Below are positions 1 to 9,565 of a stretch of 64,000 nt of DNA, piece after piece. Made by a program: the position numbers and the translations under genes. The notes below the pieces were generated by a model that searched no databases, was not told where the DNA came from, and saw only the letters and a program-made list of their open reading frames with translations. Position 1 is the first letter of the stretch. Each line of letters opens with the position of its first letter. The DNA comes from Minisyncoccota bacterium (GTDB taxonomy: Bacteria; Patescibacteriota; Minisyncoccia; Phycocordibacterales; UBA9973), in assembly GCA_041658325.1 (NCBI GenBank), contig JBBAAI010000001.1:154869-218868 (forward strand), given 5' to 3'.

Positions 1-29
1 AAATTATATATAAAAAATATAAACAATAT

Positions 30-1127
30 ATGAAAATAGAATGTTCAATTGAAAAAATCAAAAATGCTATCTTCCAAACAGAAAGAATAACTGGTAAAAA
101 TCTTACCTTACCGATTTTAAATTCAATTTTATTAACTGCCTCTGGTAAATCATTAAAATTAAGATCCACAAATTTAAATCTTGGTGTTGAAATTGAAATT
201 TCCGCAAAAATAGAAAAAGAAGGAAGTTTAGCCATTTCAGGAACAGTATTGAACGCTGTTTTTTCTAATGTTTCTCAAAATGAAAATGTTTTTATAGAAA
301 AAAAAGATGAAAATTTATTAATTAAAACAAAAAAGAGTCAAATAAAGTTAAAAAGTCAGCCACACGATGATTTTCCAACGATTCCAATAGTTACCGGGGC
401 TAGTTTTGAGATAGAATCAAAAAAACTAATTGAAGGTATTAAATCAGTTTATTATAGTTCTTCAGTTTCAGATATTAAACCAGAAATTTCGAGCGTTTTT
501 ATCTACACGAAAGAAGATAGTTTAGTTTTTGTTTCTACGGACTCCTTTAGGTTGGCAGAAAAAAGAATAAAAGTAAAAGGAGTTGAGGAAATCTCGGGAA
601 TTTTAATACCCTTCAGAAATATTGGGGAAATAATGAAAATTTTTGGAGAAATTCAAGGAACAATAAATGTTTGTTTTAATAAAAATCAAATTTCTTTTTC
701 TTCCGATGGTGTTTATTTAACCTCACGGATAATTGATGGAATTTTTCCAGACTATCGTCAAATTATTCCAAAAGAATCATCCACCGACGTGGTGGTTTTA
801 AAACAAGACTTATTAAATGCCTTAAAACTTTCAAATGTTTTTTCCGATAAATTTAATCAGGTTAATCTTAAAATTTTACCAAAAGAAAAAGTTTTAGAAT
901 TTTCTTCTGTAAATAATGATATTGGAGAAAATAAAACATATTTAGATGCTGTTATAAACGGAGAAAATATTGAACTAGGTTTTAATTATAAGTATTTTTT
1001 AGATTGTTTCCAATCAATCACCACCGACAGTGTTTCTATAAAATTTTCCGGGAATTCTAAACCAATAGTTGTTTCTCCTGTTTCCGACCCGTCTTTTACT
1101 TACCTTATTATGCCAATGAATAAATAA
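30..1127 (+). CDS. dnaN: DNA polymerase III beta sliding clamp
   Basis: 365 aa; N-terminal MKIECSIEKIKNAI...LPILNSILL clamp signature; three-domain length; first gene of window as expected after dnaA. Confidence 0.85.
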   Translation: MKIECSIEKIKNAIFQTERITGKNLTLPILNSILLTASGKSLKLRSTNLNLGVEIEISAKIEKEGSLAISGTVLNAVFSNVSQNENVFIEKKDENLLIKTKKSQIKLKSQPHDDFPTIPIVTGASFEIESKKLIEGIKSVYYSSSVSDIKPEISSVFIYTKEDSLVFVSTDSFRLAEKRIKVKGVEEISGILIPFRNIGEIMKIFGEIQGTINVCFNKNQISFSSDGVYLTSRIIDGIFPDYRQIIPKESSTDVVVLKQDLLNALKLSNVFSDKFNQVNLKILPKEKVLEFSSVNNDIGENKTYLDAVINGENIELGFNYKYFLDCFQSITTDSVSIKFSGNSKPIVVSPVSDPSFTYLIMPMNK

Positions 1128-1128
1128 A

Positions 1129-1386
1129 ATGATTGAAATTAAAGATTTATTAATTGGGTTTAATAATCTTCTTTTTTCTGAAAAAATTAAAATAGAGGCT
1201 ATTAGAAATGTTATTTTTGAGGTTGTTGGTATTGAAATAAAAAATCAAGATATTAAAATAAAAAATAATATAATTTATTTAAACATTAAACCTATTTATA
1301 AAAATGAAGTTTTTATAAAACAAAACCAAATTCATTTAAAACTCAAAGAAGTTTTAAATAAAAAATCTCCCCCAGAAATAAGATAA
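1129..1386 (+). CDS. small hypothetical protein following dnaN
   Basis: 85-aa ORF tightly coupled to the dnaN stop; Lys/Ile-rich; no recognisable motif. Confidence 0.35.
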   Translation: MIEIKDLLIGFNNLLFSEKIKIEAIRNVIFEVVGIEIKNQDIKIKNNIIYLNIKPIYKNEVFIKQNQIHLKLKEVLNKKSPPEIR

Positions 1387-1389
1387 TTG

Positions 1390-3936
1390 TTATTGTACCC
1401 TAAAATTTAGGGTTGATTCACTGCGGTTGTATACTGTGTCGTAAGATATTATTTTTAGTGTATTTTCTGCTTGAATGTTTCCTATTTCCCTTGGGGTAAA
1501 GGAAAAAATAAAAGGTGATTTTATCGTTTCTATATAAATATCATTTATAAAAACATCTATTTTTAATAAAGGAAAAACACCAAAACTTGAAGTTTTTAAA
1601 TAAATTTTTTGGTCTTGTGGGTAGTTTATTGTGTTGTTTGGTTCAAGAATTAAAACTGTTGGTTTTGATAAATCTGTGTGTATGTCATCTGTCATGGTTG
1701 GTTTTTCTTCCCATGTTGTTGTTGAATATCCATTTTTATTTTGGGCCCACCAGTTTTGTACAGGTATTTCCCAATGATTAAACTGAGGGTCACTCTCTGG
1801 GTTTATTGGGGCTAAACCAAGAATATCGTTTTTGTTTATCCAAAACAAAATTGAATGTACATTTGTTATTACTTTTTCTTGCAGGGTTTCTTTGGGGGTG
1901 AGGGGGGTGGCCAGTTTTCCTGAAAGTTTGTCTATGAAGAAATTTTCATTTCCTTGCCAAAAACCACGTAGGGCTGGTTTTATTTTTTTGGGATCAATTT
2001 CTGTATCTGGTTTTTCAAAACTTTCATTTGGTAAGTTTTTTAATGCTTCAATTATAAATTTATTCCAAATTGGTCCTGCCATTGTTGAACCTCCTTTTTT
2101 CATCGGAGCGTTTTCATTATTACCAGCCCAAACTCCCACTACAATAGATGGTGTATATCCAACAGTCCAGGCATCTTTATTACTATTAGTTGTTCCTGTC
2201 TTTACCGCCACTTTTTTCCCAGCTATTTGAAGAACTGAATTTGTTCCAAAGGTTGGAATCCGAGCTTCATTGTCAGATAAAATATCAGAAATAGTTAAAG
2301 CAGTGTTTTTAGGTAAGACCTCTTGTGTTTTTGGACTAAATTCTTCTAAAATTTTTCCATTTAAATCTTCAACTTTTAAAATTCCAGTATATGGATTTTT
2401 AAGGCCGCTATTTGCAAAAACTCCATAAGCGGAAGTCATATCAAGAAGAGATACTTCACCACCTCCAATAACAAGAGTGAGTCCGTATTGTCCGACATCT
2501 TTTAAAGTACTAATTCCCATACTTTCTGCTGTTTTTAGTGAATCAGAAAGTCCTGCTAAATAAAAAAGTTTTACTGCTGGTATGTTGATTGATTGAGCTA
2601 AGGCATCTCGTAGTGCCATTGGCCCACGATATTTTCCATCATAATTGTCTGGCATATAACAGTCCTTTTGACTGTATCCAGGGAGGGCTTTACCATAAGC
2701 GTTACAGGTGGTTTGAAATTCTGTAGGTAGATCAAAGAGTACTGTTTCTGGAGTAAAACCCTTATTGAAGGCTGTGGCGTAAATAAAAGGCTTAAAAGAG
2801 GAGCCTGGTTGTCTGTTAGCTGTGGCTATATTAAAATTACCATCAATTGTTTTATCAAAATAGTCTCTTGACCCAACCATTGTTAAAATCTGTCCAGTTT
2901 TTGGGTCTATTGCTACTAATCCCGCATTTTTTCCACTCCAATCTTTTTCGTTTTTAAGGGCACCCTCTTTTACAATTTGTTCCGCTTTTGTTTGTAAATC
3001 AATATCAATAGTCGTAGTGATTTTAAGTCCTCCATTTTCCATCATACTAGATCCATATTTTTGTTCTAAATAATCTTTAATAAAAAAAACAAAATGTGGC
3101 GCCTTAATTCCTGTAGTTGCTTGTGGAACAAAAGCAACTACTTCATTTTTTGCTTTATTGTATTCTTCTTTTGTAATAAACCTAAGTTCCAACATCCTAG
3201 AAAGTACTAAATTTTTTCTCTCCTCTAATTTATTTTTATTTTTTCCATAAGGAGAAAAAAAAGTTGGAGACTGGGGGATAGATGCTAAATAAGATGCTTC
3301 CGCTAAGGTTAAATCCTGAGCATTTTTATTAAAATAGGTTTTACTGGCTGCTTCTATTCCATAAACATTTCCGCCATAAGGAATTTCATTTAAATAGGCT
3401 TCTAAAATTTTTTCTTTTGGCATAGATTTATCAATTTTTATTGCCAAAACCCATTCCTTTATTTTTCTAATATAACTCTTCTTTTGGGTAAGAAGAGTGT
3501 TTTTTACTAACTGTTGGGTGATGGTTGATCCACCTCCCCCGATTCCAAAACCAAATAAATTTGAAAGAAATGCTCGAACGATAGAGGTTATTCTTATTCC
3601 TCCATGAGTATAAAACTCAGAGTCTTCAATGGCGACGGTTGCATTTTTAATGTTCAAGCCCATTTGGTCAAAAGAGATATCTGTTCTTTTTGTATCTTGA
3701 TGTATGTCATAAAGGAGAATTTCGCCTGTACGATCATAAATTTGAGTCGAATTTACAACCTTTCTATTTTTAAAAGAATTAAAATCAGGAATACTCATAG
3801 AAAAGATCCAAATAATCACAACACTAGAGATTAAAACAAAAAGACCCGCCAAAAAGAATACTATATTTTTTAATAATCTTTTGTTTTTATATATATTTTT
3901 TAATATTTTAGATATTTCTTTCATCCCTTTAATCAT
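1390..3936 (-). CDS. class A penicillin-binding protein (transglycosylase + transpeptidase) with long C-terminal extension
   Basis: GT51 motif GGGGSTITQQLVKN; transpeptidase SSFKPF and KTGT motifs; N-terminal TM. ORF track extends to 4113 but likely start is MIKGMKEIS near 3936, which avoids overlap with tyrS. Confidence 0.8.
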   Translation of the reverse strand: MIKGMKEISKILKNIYKNKRLLKNIVFFLAGLFVLISSVVIIWIFSMSIPDFNSFKNRKVVNSTQIYDRTGEILLYDIHQDTKRTDISFDQMGLNIKNATVAIEDSEFYTHGGIRITSIVRAFLSNLFGFGIGGGGSTITQQLVKNTLLTQKKSYIRKIKEWVLAIKIDKSMPKEKILEAYLNEIPYGGNVYGIEAASKTYFNKNAQDLTLAEASYLASIPQSPTFFSPYGKNKNKLEERKNLVLSRMLELRFITKEEYNKAKNEVVAFVPQATTGIKAPHFVFFIKDYLEQKYGSSMMENGGLKITTTIDIDLQTKAEQIVKEGALKNEKDWSGKNAGLVAIDPKTGQILTMVGSRDYFDKTIDGNFNIATANRQPGSSFKPFIYATAFNKGFTPETVLFDLPTEFQTTCNAYGKALPGYSQKDCYMPDNYDGKYRGPMALRDALAQSINIPAVKLFYLAGLSDSLKTAESMGISTLKDVGQYGLTLVIGGGEVSLLDMTSAYGVFANSGLKNPYTGILKVEDLNGKILEEFSPKTQEVLPKNTALTISDILSDNEARIPTFGTNSVLQIAGKKVAVKTGTTNSNKDAWTVGYTPSIVVGVWAGNNENAPMKKGGSTMAGPIWNKFIIEALKNLPNESFEKPDTEIDPKKIKPALRGFWQGNENFFIDKLSGKLATPLTPKETLQEKVITNVHSILFWINKNDILGLAPINPESDPQFNHWEIPVQNWWAQNKNGYSTTTWEEKPTMTDDIHTDLSKPTVLILEPNNTINYPQDQKIYLKTSSFGVFPLLKIDVFINDIYIETIKSPFIFSFTPREIGNIQAENTLKIISYDTVYNRSESTLNFRVQ

Positions 3937-3964
3937 AGCAGAAAATATGTTATTATCCAGAAAT

Positions 3965-5146
3965 ATGAAGATTATTACAGATGAGAAAAAAATAGAGGAG
4001 GTTTTAACTCGGGGAGTGGAGGAAATTATCGTCCGTAAAGATTTAGAAGAAAAATTAAAATCAGGCAAAATATTACGAATAAAATTAGGAATTGACCCAA
4101 CGAGCCCAGACATTCATATAGGAAGAGCAATTCCTCTTTTGAAGTTGCGAGATTTTCAAGAACTAGGACACAAGATTATTTTTATTGTTGGTGATTTTAC
4201 TGGAGTTATTGGAGATACTTCAGACAAAGACAGTGAAAGGCCAATGCTTTCGGATGAAGTAATAAAGAAAAACATGAAAGATTATGTTGAACAAGCCGGC
4301 AAAATTATTGATTTATCAAAATGTGAGATTTTTTACAACAGTAAATGGTTGAGTAAGTTAACTTATGGTGAGATAGGAGTACAGGCCGACTGTTTTTCTT
4401 TGTCTGATTTTAGTTCCCGTGAAAACATAAAAAGAAGATTAGATGCGGGAAACAGGGTATCTTTGCGCGAAGTTTTATATCCATTAATGCAAGGATATGA
4501 TTCTGTTGCTGTAAAAGCTGATGTGGAGATTGGGGGAACTGACCAAAGGTTTAATTTATTAGCAGGAAGAAAACTGCAAGAAAAATATGGACAAACTTCT
4601 CAAAATATAATAATGAATCCATTACTTATTGGAATTGATGGCAGAAAAATGAGCTCAAGCTGGGGTAACACCATTAATCTTAAAGCAGAACCAAGTGATA
4701 TGTATGGCAAAGTTATGTCTTTGAGTGATAGTCTTATTGTGCAATATTTTGAGCTTACTACTCGCGTACCTATGTCTGAGGTGAAAAAAATAAAAGAAAT
4801 GAATCCACGAGACGCTAAGATGCGTCTTGCTTTTGAAATTGTAAAAATTTATCACGAAGAAAAGAAGGCAAAAAAGGCTGAAGAAAATTTTATTAAAACT
4901 TTTCAAAAAAAAGAAATTCCGGAAGAAATAGAAGAAACAAAATGCAAAAAAGGAGAATTATTAAGTGAAGTTTTAGTAAAAAATAAGATTTTATCTTCAA
5001 AAGGTGAGTGGCGCAGGCTTGTTTTAGAAAATGCTGTTCATAATTTGTTAAAAAATGAAAATATTAAAGATATAAATTTAAAAATTTTAGAAAATTTAAC
5101 TTTAAAAATAGGAAAGAAAAGATTTGTAAAAATTATACAAAAATAA
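3965..5146 (+). CDS. tyrS: tyrosyl-tRNA synthetase
   Basis: HIGH-region motif GIDPTSPDIHIGRAIPL; KMSSS motif; C-terminal S4-like domain. Start taken at MKIITDEKK (3965) rather than ORF-track 3881. Confidence 0.8.
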   Translation: MKIITDEKKIEEVLTRGVEEIIVRKDLEEKLKSGKILRIKLGIDPTSPDIHIGRAIPLLKLRDFQELGHKIIFIVGDFTGVIGDTSDKDSERPMLSDEVIKKNMKDYVEQAGKIIDLSKCEIFYNSKWLSKLTYGEIGVQADCFSLSDFSSRENIKRRLDAGNRVSLREVLYPLMQGYDSVAVKADVEIGGTDQRFNLLAGRKLQEKYGQTSQNIIMNPLLIGIDGRKMSSSWGNTINLKAEPSDMYGKVMSLSDSLIVQYFELTTRVPMSEVKKIKEMNPRDAKMRLAFEIVKIYHEEKKAKKAEENFIKTFQKKEIPEEIEETKCKKGELLSEVLVKNKILSSKGEWRRLVLENAVHNLLKNENIKDINLKILENLTLKIGKKRFVKIIQK

Positions 5147-5178
5147 AAACACCCTTCAGGGTGTTTTTATTTTTTTTG
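5146..5178 (+). terminator. intrinsic terminator after tyrS
   Basis: aaaaacaccc ttcagg gtgttttt hairpin followed by T-run. Confidence 0.7.
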
Positions 5179-5437
5179 TTATCTATCTTTATCTGGATCT
5201 TCTTCGTCTAAACCAAAATCAGTCATTCCCTCAGGAATATCTAAATCATCATCACCGTCCATTTTAAATTCTTCTTCCTCTACTTCGTCTTCGTCACGCA
5301 TATAAAATTTTATTTTAAATTTTATTTAAATCCGCTTTTGGCGGAAAACGACCTACTAATAATTTCCTACTTTGTAACAAAATCTAAAAGAGTTAGCAAC
5401 AGAATATGTGGATAACCTTTGACAAAAGAAAGACAAC

Positions 5438-5917
5438 CTAAAATCTCATATAAGCAAAGGCCGTTAACGCGATAGCAATAGCGTCTAACTCATCGTCAGA
5501 GGTTTTAGATTTATCTATTTTTACAAGAATTTTTACCATTTTCATAATCTGCGCTTTGTCAGAAGCACCATAACCAGTCGTTGCTATTTTTATTTGGGGA
5601 GGAGAAGCCTCAAAAATTTTAAGTCCTGCGCGAGAAGCTTCATAAATTACCACTCCGCGCGCTTCGGCGACGCACATAACTGTTTTATGATTAGTGGTTA
5701 AAAACAGAGTTTCAATTGAAAGAACCTCTGGTTTATATTTTTTTATTATTTTTTTAATTTCCCCTCCTATTAAATTTAATCGATCTCCAAATTCTAATTT
5801 AGTAGAGGTTTTAAAACATTCTGAAAAAAGAACGTGCTCATTTTTATCGTTTTTATTTTTTTCCAATACAGAGATACCTAATCTCTCATACCCTGGATCT
5901 ACTCCTAAAATTCTCAT
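5438..5917 (-). CDS. ruvC: Holliday junction resolvase RuvC
   Basis: MRILGVDPGYERLGISV N-terminus typical of RuvC; 159 aa. Confidence 0.85.
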   Translation of the reverse strand: MRILGVDPGYERLGISVLEKNKNDKNEHVLFSECFKTSTKLEFGDRLNLIGGEIKKIIKKYKPEVLSIETLFLTTNHKTVMCVAEARGVVIYEASRAGLKIFEASPPQIKIATTGYGASDKAQIMKMVKILVKIDKSKTSDDELDAIAIALTAFAYMRF

Positions 5918-5935
5918 AATATTAAAAGTTTAACA

Positions 5936-6472
5936 CTATTCTGCATTAGTATACACATCTTGGACATCATCATTTTCTTCTAAATCTTCCACTAATTTGT
6001 CTAATAATTCTAAATCAGTGTCAGAAAGGGAAACAGTGGTTGTTGGTACCCACAGAAGTCCTTCGGAACTTTTTTCTTTTTTAAATGCCCAAGCAACCGA
6101 ACCAATTCCACCTAAGGCAAAACCATTTTTAGAAAGGACGTGTTTTATGTCTTGGGCTGTTCTATTTTTACTATCTGTTAAAGTTTCAATAATTATTCCT
6201 ACTCCTCCTGGGCCATATGCCTCATAAACAATTGCATCCATATGAGCTCCCGGCTCACTTGCTTTTTTGATAGCTCTCTCAATGTTTTCTGCCGGCATGT
6301 TTACTTTTTTTGCTTTTTCAATTGCTGAGCGTAATCCAGGGGATTCTTTACCCCCCGACAATTTTGCTTCTACTGAAATAAAACGCACTAGTTTAGAAAA
6401 GATTTTACTTTTTTTTGAATCAGTAATTGCCTTCTTGTGTTTTATTTGTGCCCACTTATTGTGTCCTGACAT
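5936..6472 (-). CDS. YebC/PmpR family DNA-binding protein (short form)
   Basis: MSGHNKWAQIKHKK N-terminus characteristic of the YebC/TACO1 family; classic position between ruvC and ruvB. Confidence 0.7.
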   Translation of the reverse strand: MSGHNKWAQIKHKKAITDSKKSKIFSKLVRFISVEAKLSGGKESPGLRSAIEKAKKVNMPAENIERAIKKASEPGAHMDAIVYEAYGPGGVGIIIETLTDSKNRTAQDIKHVLSKNGFALGGIGSVAWAFKKEKSSEGLLWVPTTTVSLSDTDLELLDKLVEDLEENDDVQDVYTNAE

Positions 6473-6480
6473 AAAAATAT

Positions 6481-7524
6481 TTAAAGTAATTTTTTTTGTA
6501 AATCTTCTGGAAGATCAAAACCTAAATGTTCATATGCTTTTTTAGTAGCAATGCGTCCGCGAGGGGAGCGTTCTAAGAGGCCGAGTTGAAGTAAGTATGG
6601 TTCTATCACTTCTTCCACTGTGGCCTCTTCTTCTGACATTGCAGCACCAATTGTTTTTAGCCCCACTGGTCCGCCGTTAAATTTTTCAATCAATATTTCT
6701 AAAAATTTTCTATCAGAGGAGTTTAATCCAATATCATCAATTGCAAGCATATTAAGGGCTTCTTTAACTGTTTTTTTATTTAAATCTTTTTTATGTACTT
6801 GGGCAAAGTCTCGACAACGTTTCAAAAAATAATTTGCGGTACGTGGAGTAAATCGACTTCGCTCGGCAATTTCTTTTATGGCTTCATTTTCTAGTATCGT
6901 TTTTAAAAGCTTACTGGATCTTTCTATTATTTTTGCAATTTCTTCATTGGAATAAAATTCCAATCTGAAAACTCCACCCGAAAAACGAGAACGAAGGGGA
7001 GAGGAGACCATGGCGACTCTAGTGGTTGCCGCAATTAAAGTAAAAGGAGGAAGATCTAGTTGAATGGTGCGAGCGGACGGGCCTTTGCCGATAATAATAT
7101 CTAAAACACCAGACTCCATTGCTGGATAGAGTATTTCTTCTACCATTTTATTAAGTCGATGAATTTCATCTATAAATAAAATATCTCCAGAAGAAAGATT
7201 TGTAAGGATAGAGGCTAAATCACCTACTTTTTCAATTGCCGGACCAGAAGTGATCTTCATTTGTCTACCTGTTTCCTTGGCTATAAGGTGCGCAAGGGTG
7301 GTTTTTCCTAATCCAGGAGGTCCATAAAATAAAATGTGTTCAGGAATATGGCCACGCTCTTCTGCCGCTCGCAGTAAGATTTTTACGTTGTCTTTTATGT
7401 GTTTTTGGCCGATATATTCATCCCAACTAGTAGGGCGAAGAGTTTGGTCTAAAAAAGAGTCATCAATAGTTGTGTTTTTTTCTGGGGTTATTTTATTTGG
7501 TGTTTTCGTGTTTTTGCTTGACAT
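6481..7524 (-). CDS. ruvB: Holliday junction branch migration ATPase RuvB
   Basis: Walker A GPPGLGKTTLAHLIA; RuvB-type AAA+ domain plus winged-helix C-terminus; 347 aa. Confidence 0.9.
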   Translation of the reverse strand: MSSKNTKTPNKITPEKNTTIDDSFLDQTLRPTSWDEYIGQKHIKDNVKILLRAAEERGHIPEHILFYGPPGLGKTTLAHLIAKETGRQMKITSGPAIEKVGDLASILTNLSSGDILFIDEIHRLNKMVEEILYPAMESGVLDIIIGKGPSARTIQLDLPPFTLIAATTRVAMVSSPLRSRFSGGVFRLEFYSNEEIAKIIERSSKLLKTILENEAIKEIAERSRFTPRTANYFLKRCRDFAQVHKKDLNKKTVKEALNMLAIDDIGLNSSDRKFLEILIEKFNGGPVGLKTIGAAMSEEEATVEEVIEPYLLQLGLLERSPRGRIATKKAYEHLGFDLPEDLQKKLL

Positions 7525-7619
7525 TAGTTTAATATTATGCTATATTTGAAATGTTGTTGTTTTATTAACACAATATACACATAACTATGCACATTATAGC
7601 ATTTGTTGTTCTTTCTATA

Positions 7620-7825
7620 TAGTATAATTATTTTTGTGAGATTATTTAAATTACCGCCAGGGCGGAGCAAGAAGGCATTAATCTCTAAGCAATCAGCCAT
7701 CGGTTATACGATTTTGCATAGGACGTTCTGGTACTTTTATTAGTTCACTGGGCCTATCCTATAATAATTTGTTACTCTTGGGGCCCAGCCCCGAAAGGAT
7801 TGTTTAGAGATTAATGCTTTTTTTT
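7620..7825 (+). ncRNA. candidate structured RNA with a possible SRP-RNA domain IV-like motif; unassigned
   Basis: GC-rich islands in an AT-rich 300-bp intergenic region; CCGCCAGGGCGGAGCAAGAAGGCA resembles the 4.5S motif GGUCCGGAAGGAAGCAGCCAAGGCA; long-range inverted repeat gcattaatctctaa (7672) / ttagagattaatgc (7805) followed by T8. Confidence 0.3.
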
Positions 7826-7829
7826 ATTT

Positions 7830-9527
7830 CTATTCTTCGCGTAGGTCAACAACGCTTTGTACTTCTTCAAACGAAGTAATGCCATTTATTATTTTTACCA
7901 TTCCATCTTGGCGCATAGAAAGTATTCCTTGAGCTCTCGCAACTTTTTTTATTTCTCGTTCACTTGGATTTTCTGTCATAATTTTTTCTATGGCCTCGTC
8001 TGTTCTAATGGCTTCAAAAATACCCATTCTTCCTTTAAATCCTGTCATGTTGCATTTTTCACAGCCAACAGAAGAAAAAAGCTTAAAAGGAACATCTGGA
8101 TTTATTTTATAATTTGAAAGACTTTTCCCTTCTTCTTTTATGCTATTTAGAACAGATTTCATTATTTCTTCCTCTTCTTTGTTTGGGGTTTTTCCTTTTT
8201 TACAAAAAGCGCACAATTTGCGTACTAATCGTTGGGCGATAGAAAGAGACAAAGCTGAAACTAAAATTTTTGGGTTTACTCCAAGGTCGATAAGTCGGGG
8301 AATAACACCAGCGGCATTGTTTGTGTGAAGAGTAGAAAAAACTATATGACCAGTAAGGGCTGATTGAACTGCTATTTCGGCGGTTTCTTTGTCGCGAATT
8401 TCTCCGACCATTACCACATCTGGATCTTGACGGAGAGCTGAACGTAGTCCTTCTGCAAAAGTATAACCTCTTTGGTCATTTGTTTGAGTTTGAGTTATAC
8501 CGGTTAAGTGATATTCAATCGGATCTTCAATGGTTATTATTTTTATTTCTGGAGAATAAATTTTCCTTAAAAAGGCATAAAGAGTAGTGGTTTTTCCAGA
8601 GCCGGTCGGACCAGTAACTAAAATTAGGCCATTTGGTTTTACAATTTCTTGTTCTATCACAGAAAATAAAAATGGTTCTATTCCTATCTCTTCAAGTTCT
8701 ATTTGAATAGACTTTGGATCCAAAATACGCATGACGATTGATTCACCATATGCTCCGGGGATAAGAGAAGCACGAATGCTTATTTCTTCTTTTTCTTCCA
8801 TAATACTAAAACGTCCATCCTGAGCTATATTGGAAGTTAATTTCATTCCAGACAATAATTTAATACGCGAATTTAATAATTTATAAACATCCGTTCCAAA
8901 AAAACTTACATCTTGTAAAACACCATCAAGACGCAGGCGCAATCTACCCCTTTCTTGTTCTGGTTCTATGTGTATATCAGAAGCTTTAATGGCTATTGCT
9001 CCAGCTAAAATTACTTCTAAAAGACGAGAAATTTTATGAATTTTATTTCCCTCTAAGGCCTCCGTTATCATTTTTTGAATATCCTGTATTTTTTGTATTT
9101 TATTTGCTGTCTCTCTTAAAACTTCTCCAGAAATATCCAATCCTCCAATCTTTGAAGTTTCTGCCATTGAAATTTCTTTATATCTTTCCCAAACTTTATT
9201 TATACTGGCCGTGGATACCATGTAAAAAGTTGGAATCAGATTTTTTCTCTCCATATCCTCTTTTAACCTTTTTATAAGATCGTCTTTTGGAGAGTGCAAG
9301 GCTATAAAAATATTTTTTCCAAAAAGTTTAAAAGGCGCTACGTTCATTTCCCTAGAATCTTTTTCAGATATTGCTCGAAGTGCTTCATTGTCTATACCTA
9401 GTCGATAGAGGTCAATATAAGGAAGACCATATTTGGATTCCGCCAGGGTTGCCACCAACTGCTCCTCTTCTTGTTTGTGTAAATCTTCTAGTTGTTTATT
9501 TTGTTTTTCTTCATCAAATAAAGCCAT
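7830..9527 (-). CDS. pilB: type IV pilus assembly ATPase, PilB/GspE family
   Basis: N-terminal GSPII_E_N-like domain; Walker A LVTGPTGSGKTTTLYA; Asp/His boxes; tetracysteine CAFC...CEKC zinc motif. Confidence 0.8.
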   Translation of the reverse strand: MALFDEEKQNKQLEDLHKQEEEQLVATLAESKYGLPYIDLYRLGIDNEALRAISEKDSREMNVAPFKLFGKNIFIALHSPKDDLIKRLKEDMERKNLIPTFYMVSTASINKVWERYKEISMAETSKIGGLDISGEVLRETANKIQKIQDIQKMITEALEGNKIHKISRLLEVILAGAIAIKASDIHIEPEQERGRLRLRLDGVLQDVSFFGTDVYKLLNSRIKLLSGMKLTSNIAQDGRFSIMEEKEEISIRASLIPGAYGESIVMRILDPKSIQIELEEIGIEPFLFSVIEQEIVKPNGLILVTGPTGSGKTTTLYAFLRKIYSPEIKIITIEDPIEYHLTGITQTQTNDQRGYTFAEGLRSALRQDPDVVMVGEIRDKETAEIAVQSALTGHIVFSTLHTNNAAGVIPRLIDLGVNPKILVSALSLSIAQRLVRKLCAFCKKGKTPNKEEEEIMKSVLNSIKEEGKSLSNYKINPDVPFKLFSSVGCEKCNMTGFKGRMGIFEAIRTDEAIEKIMTENPSEREIKKVARAQGILSMRQDGMVKIINGITSFEEVQSVVDLREE

Positions 9528-9565
9528 TTACAATAAAGTATATCTTAAATGGTATAATTTACACA

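Noticed and set aside
3881-4113. 230-bp overlap between PBP (ORF track start 4113) and tyrS (ORF track start 3881)
   Set aside because: Both ORFs have internal Met codons (PBP MIKGMKEIS near 3936; TyrRS MKIITDEKK at 3965) that remove the overlap and fit the N-termini of their families. The long overlap is not believed.
9371-9565. N-terminal 65 codons of the polA ORF as given in the track (start 9371), overlapping pilB
   Set aside because: The leading segment is hydrophobic junk antisense to the pilB 5' end. MPENNKKLVLLDAHAIIHRAYHA at 9566 is the conserved Pol I 5'-exo start.
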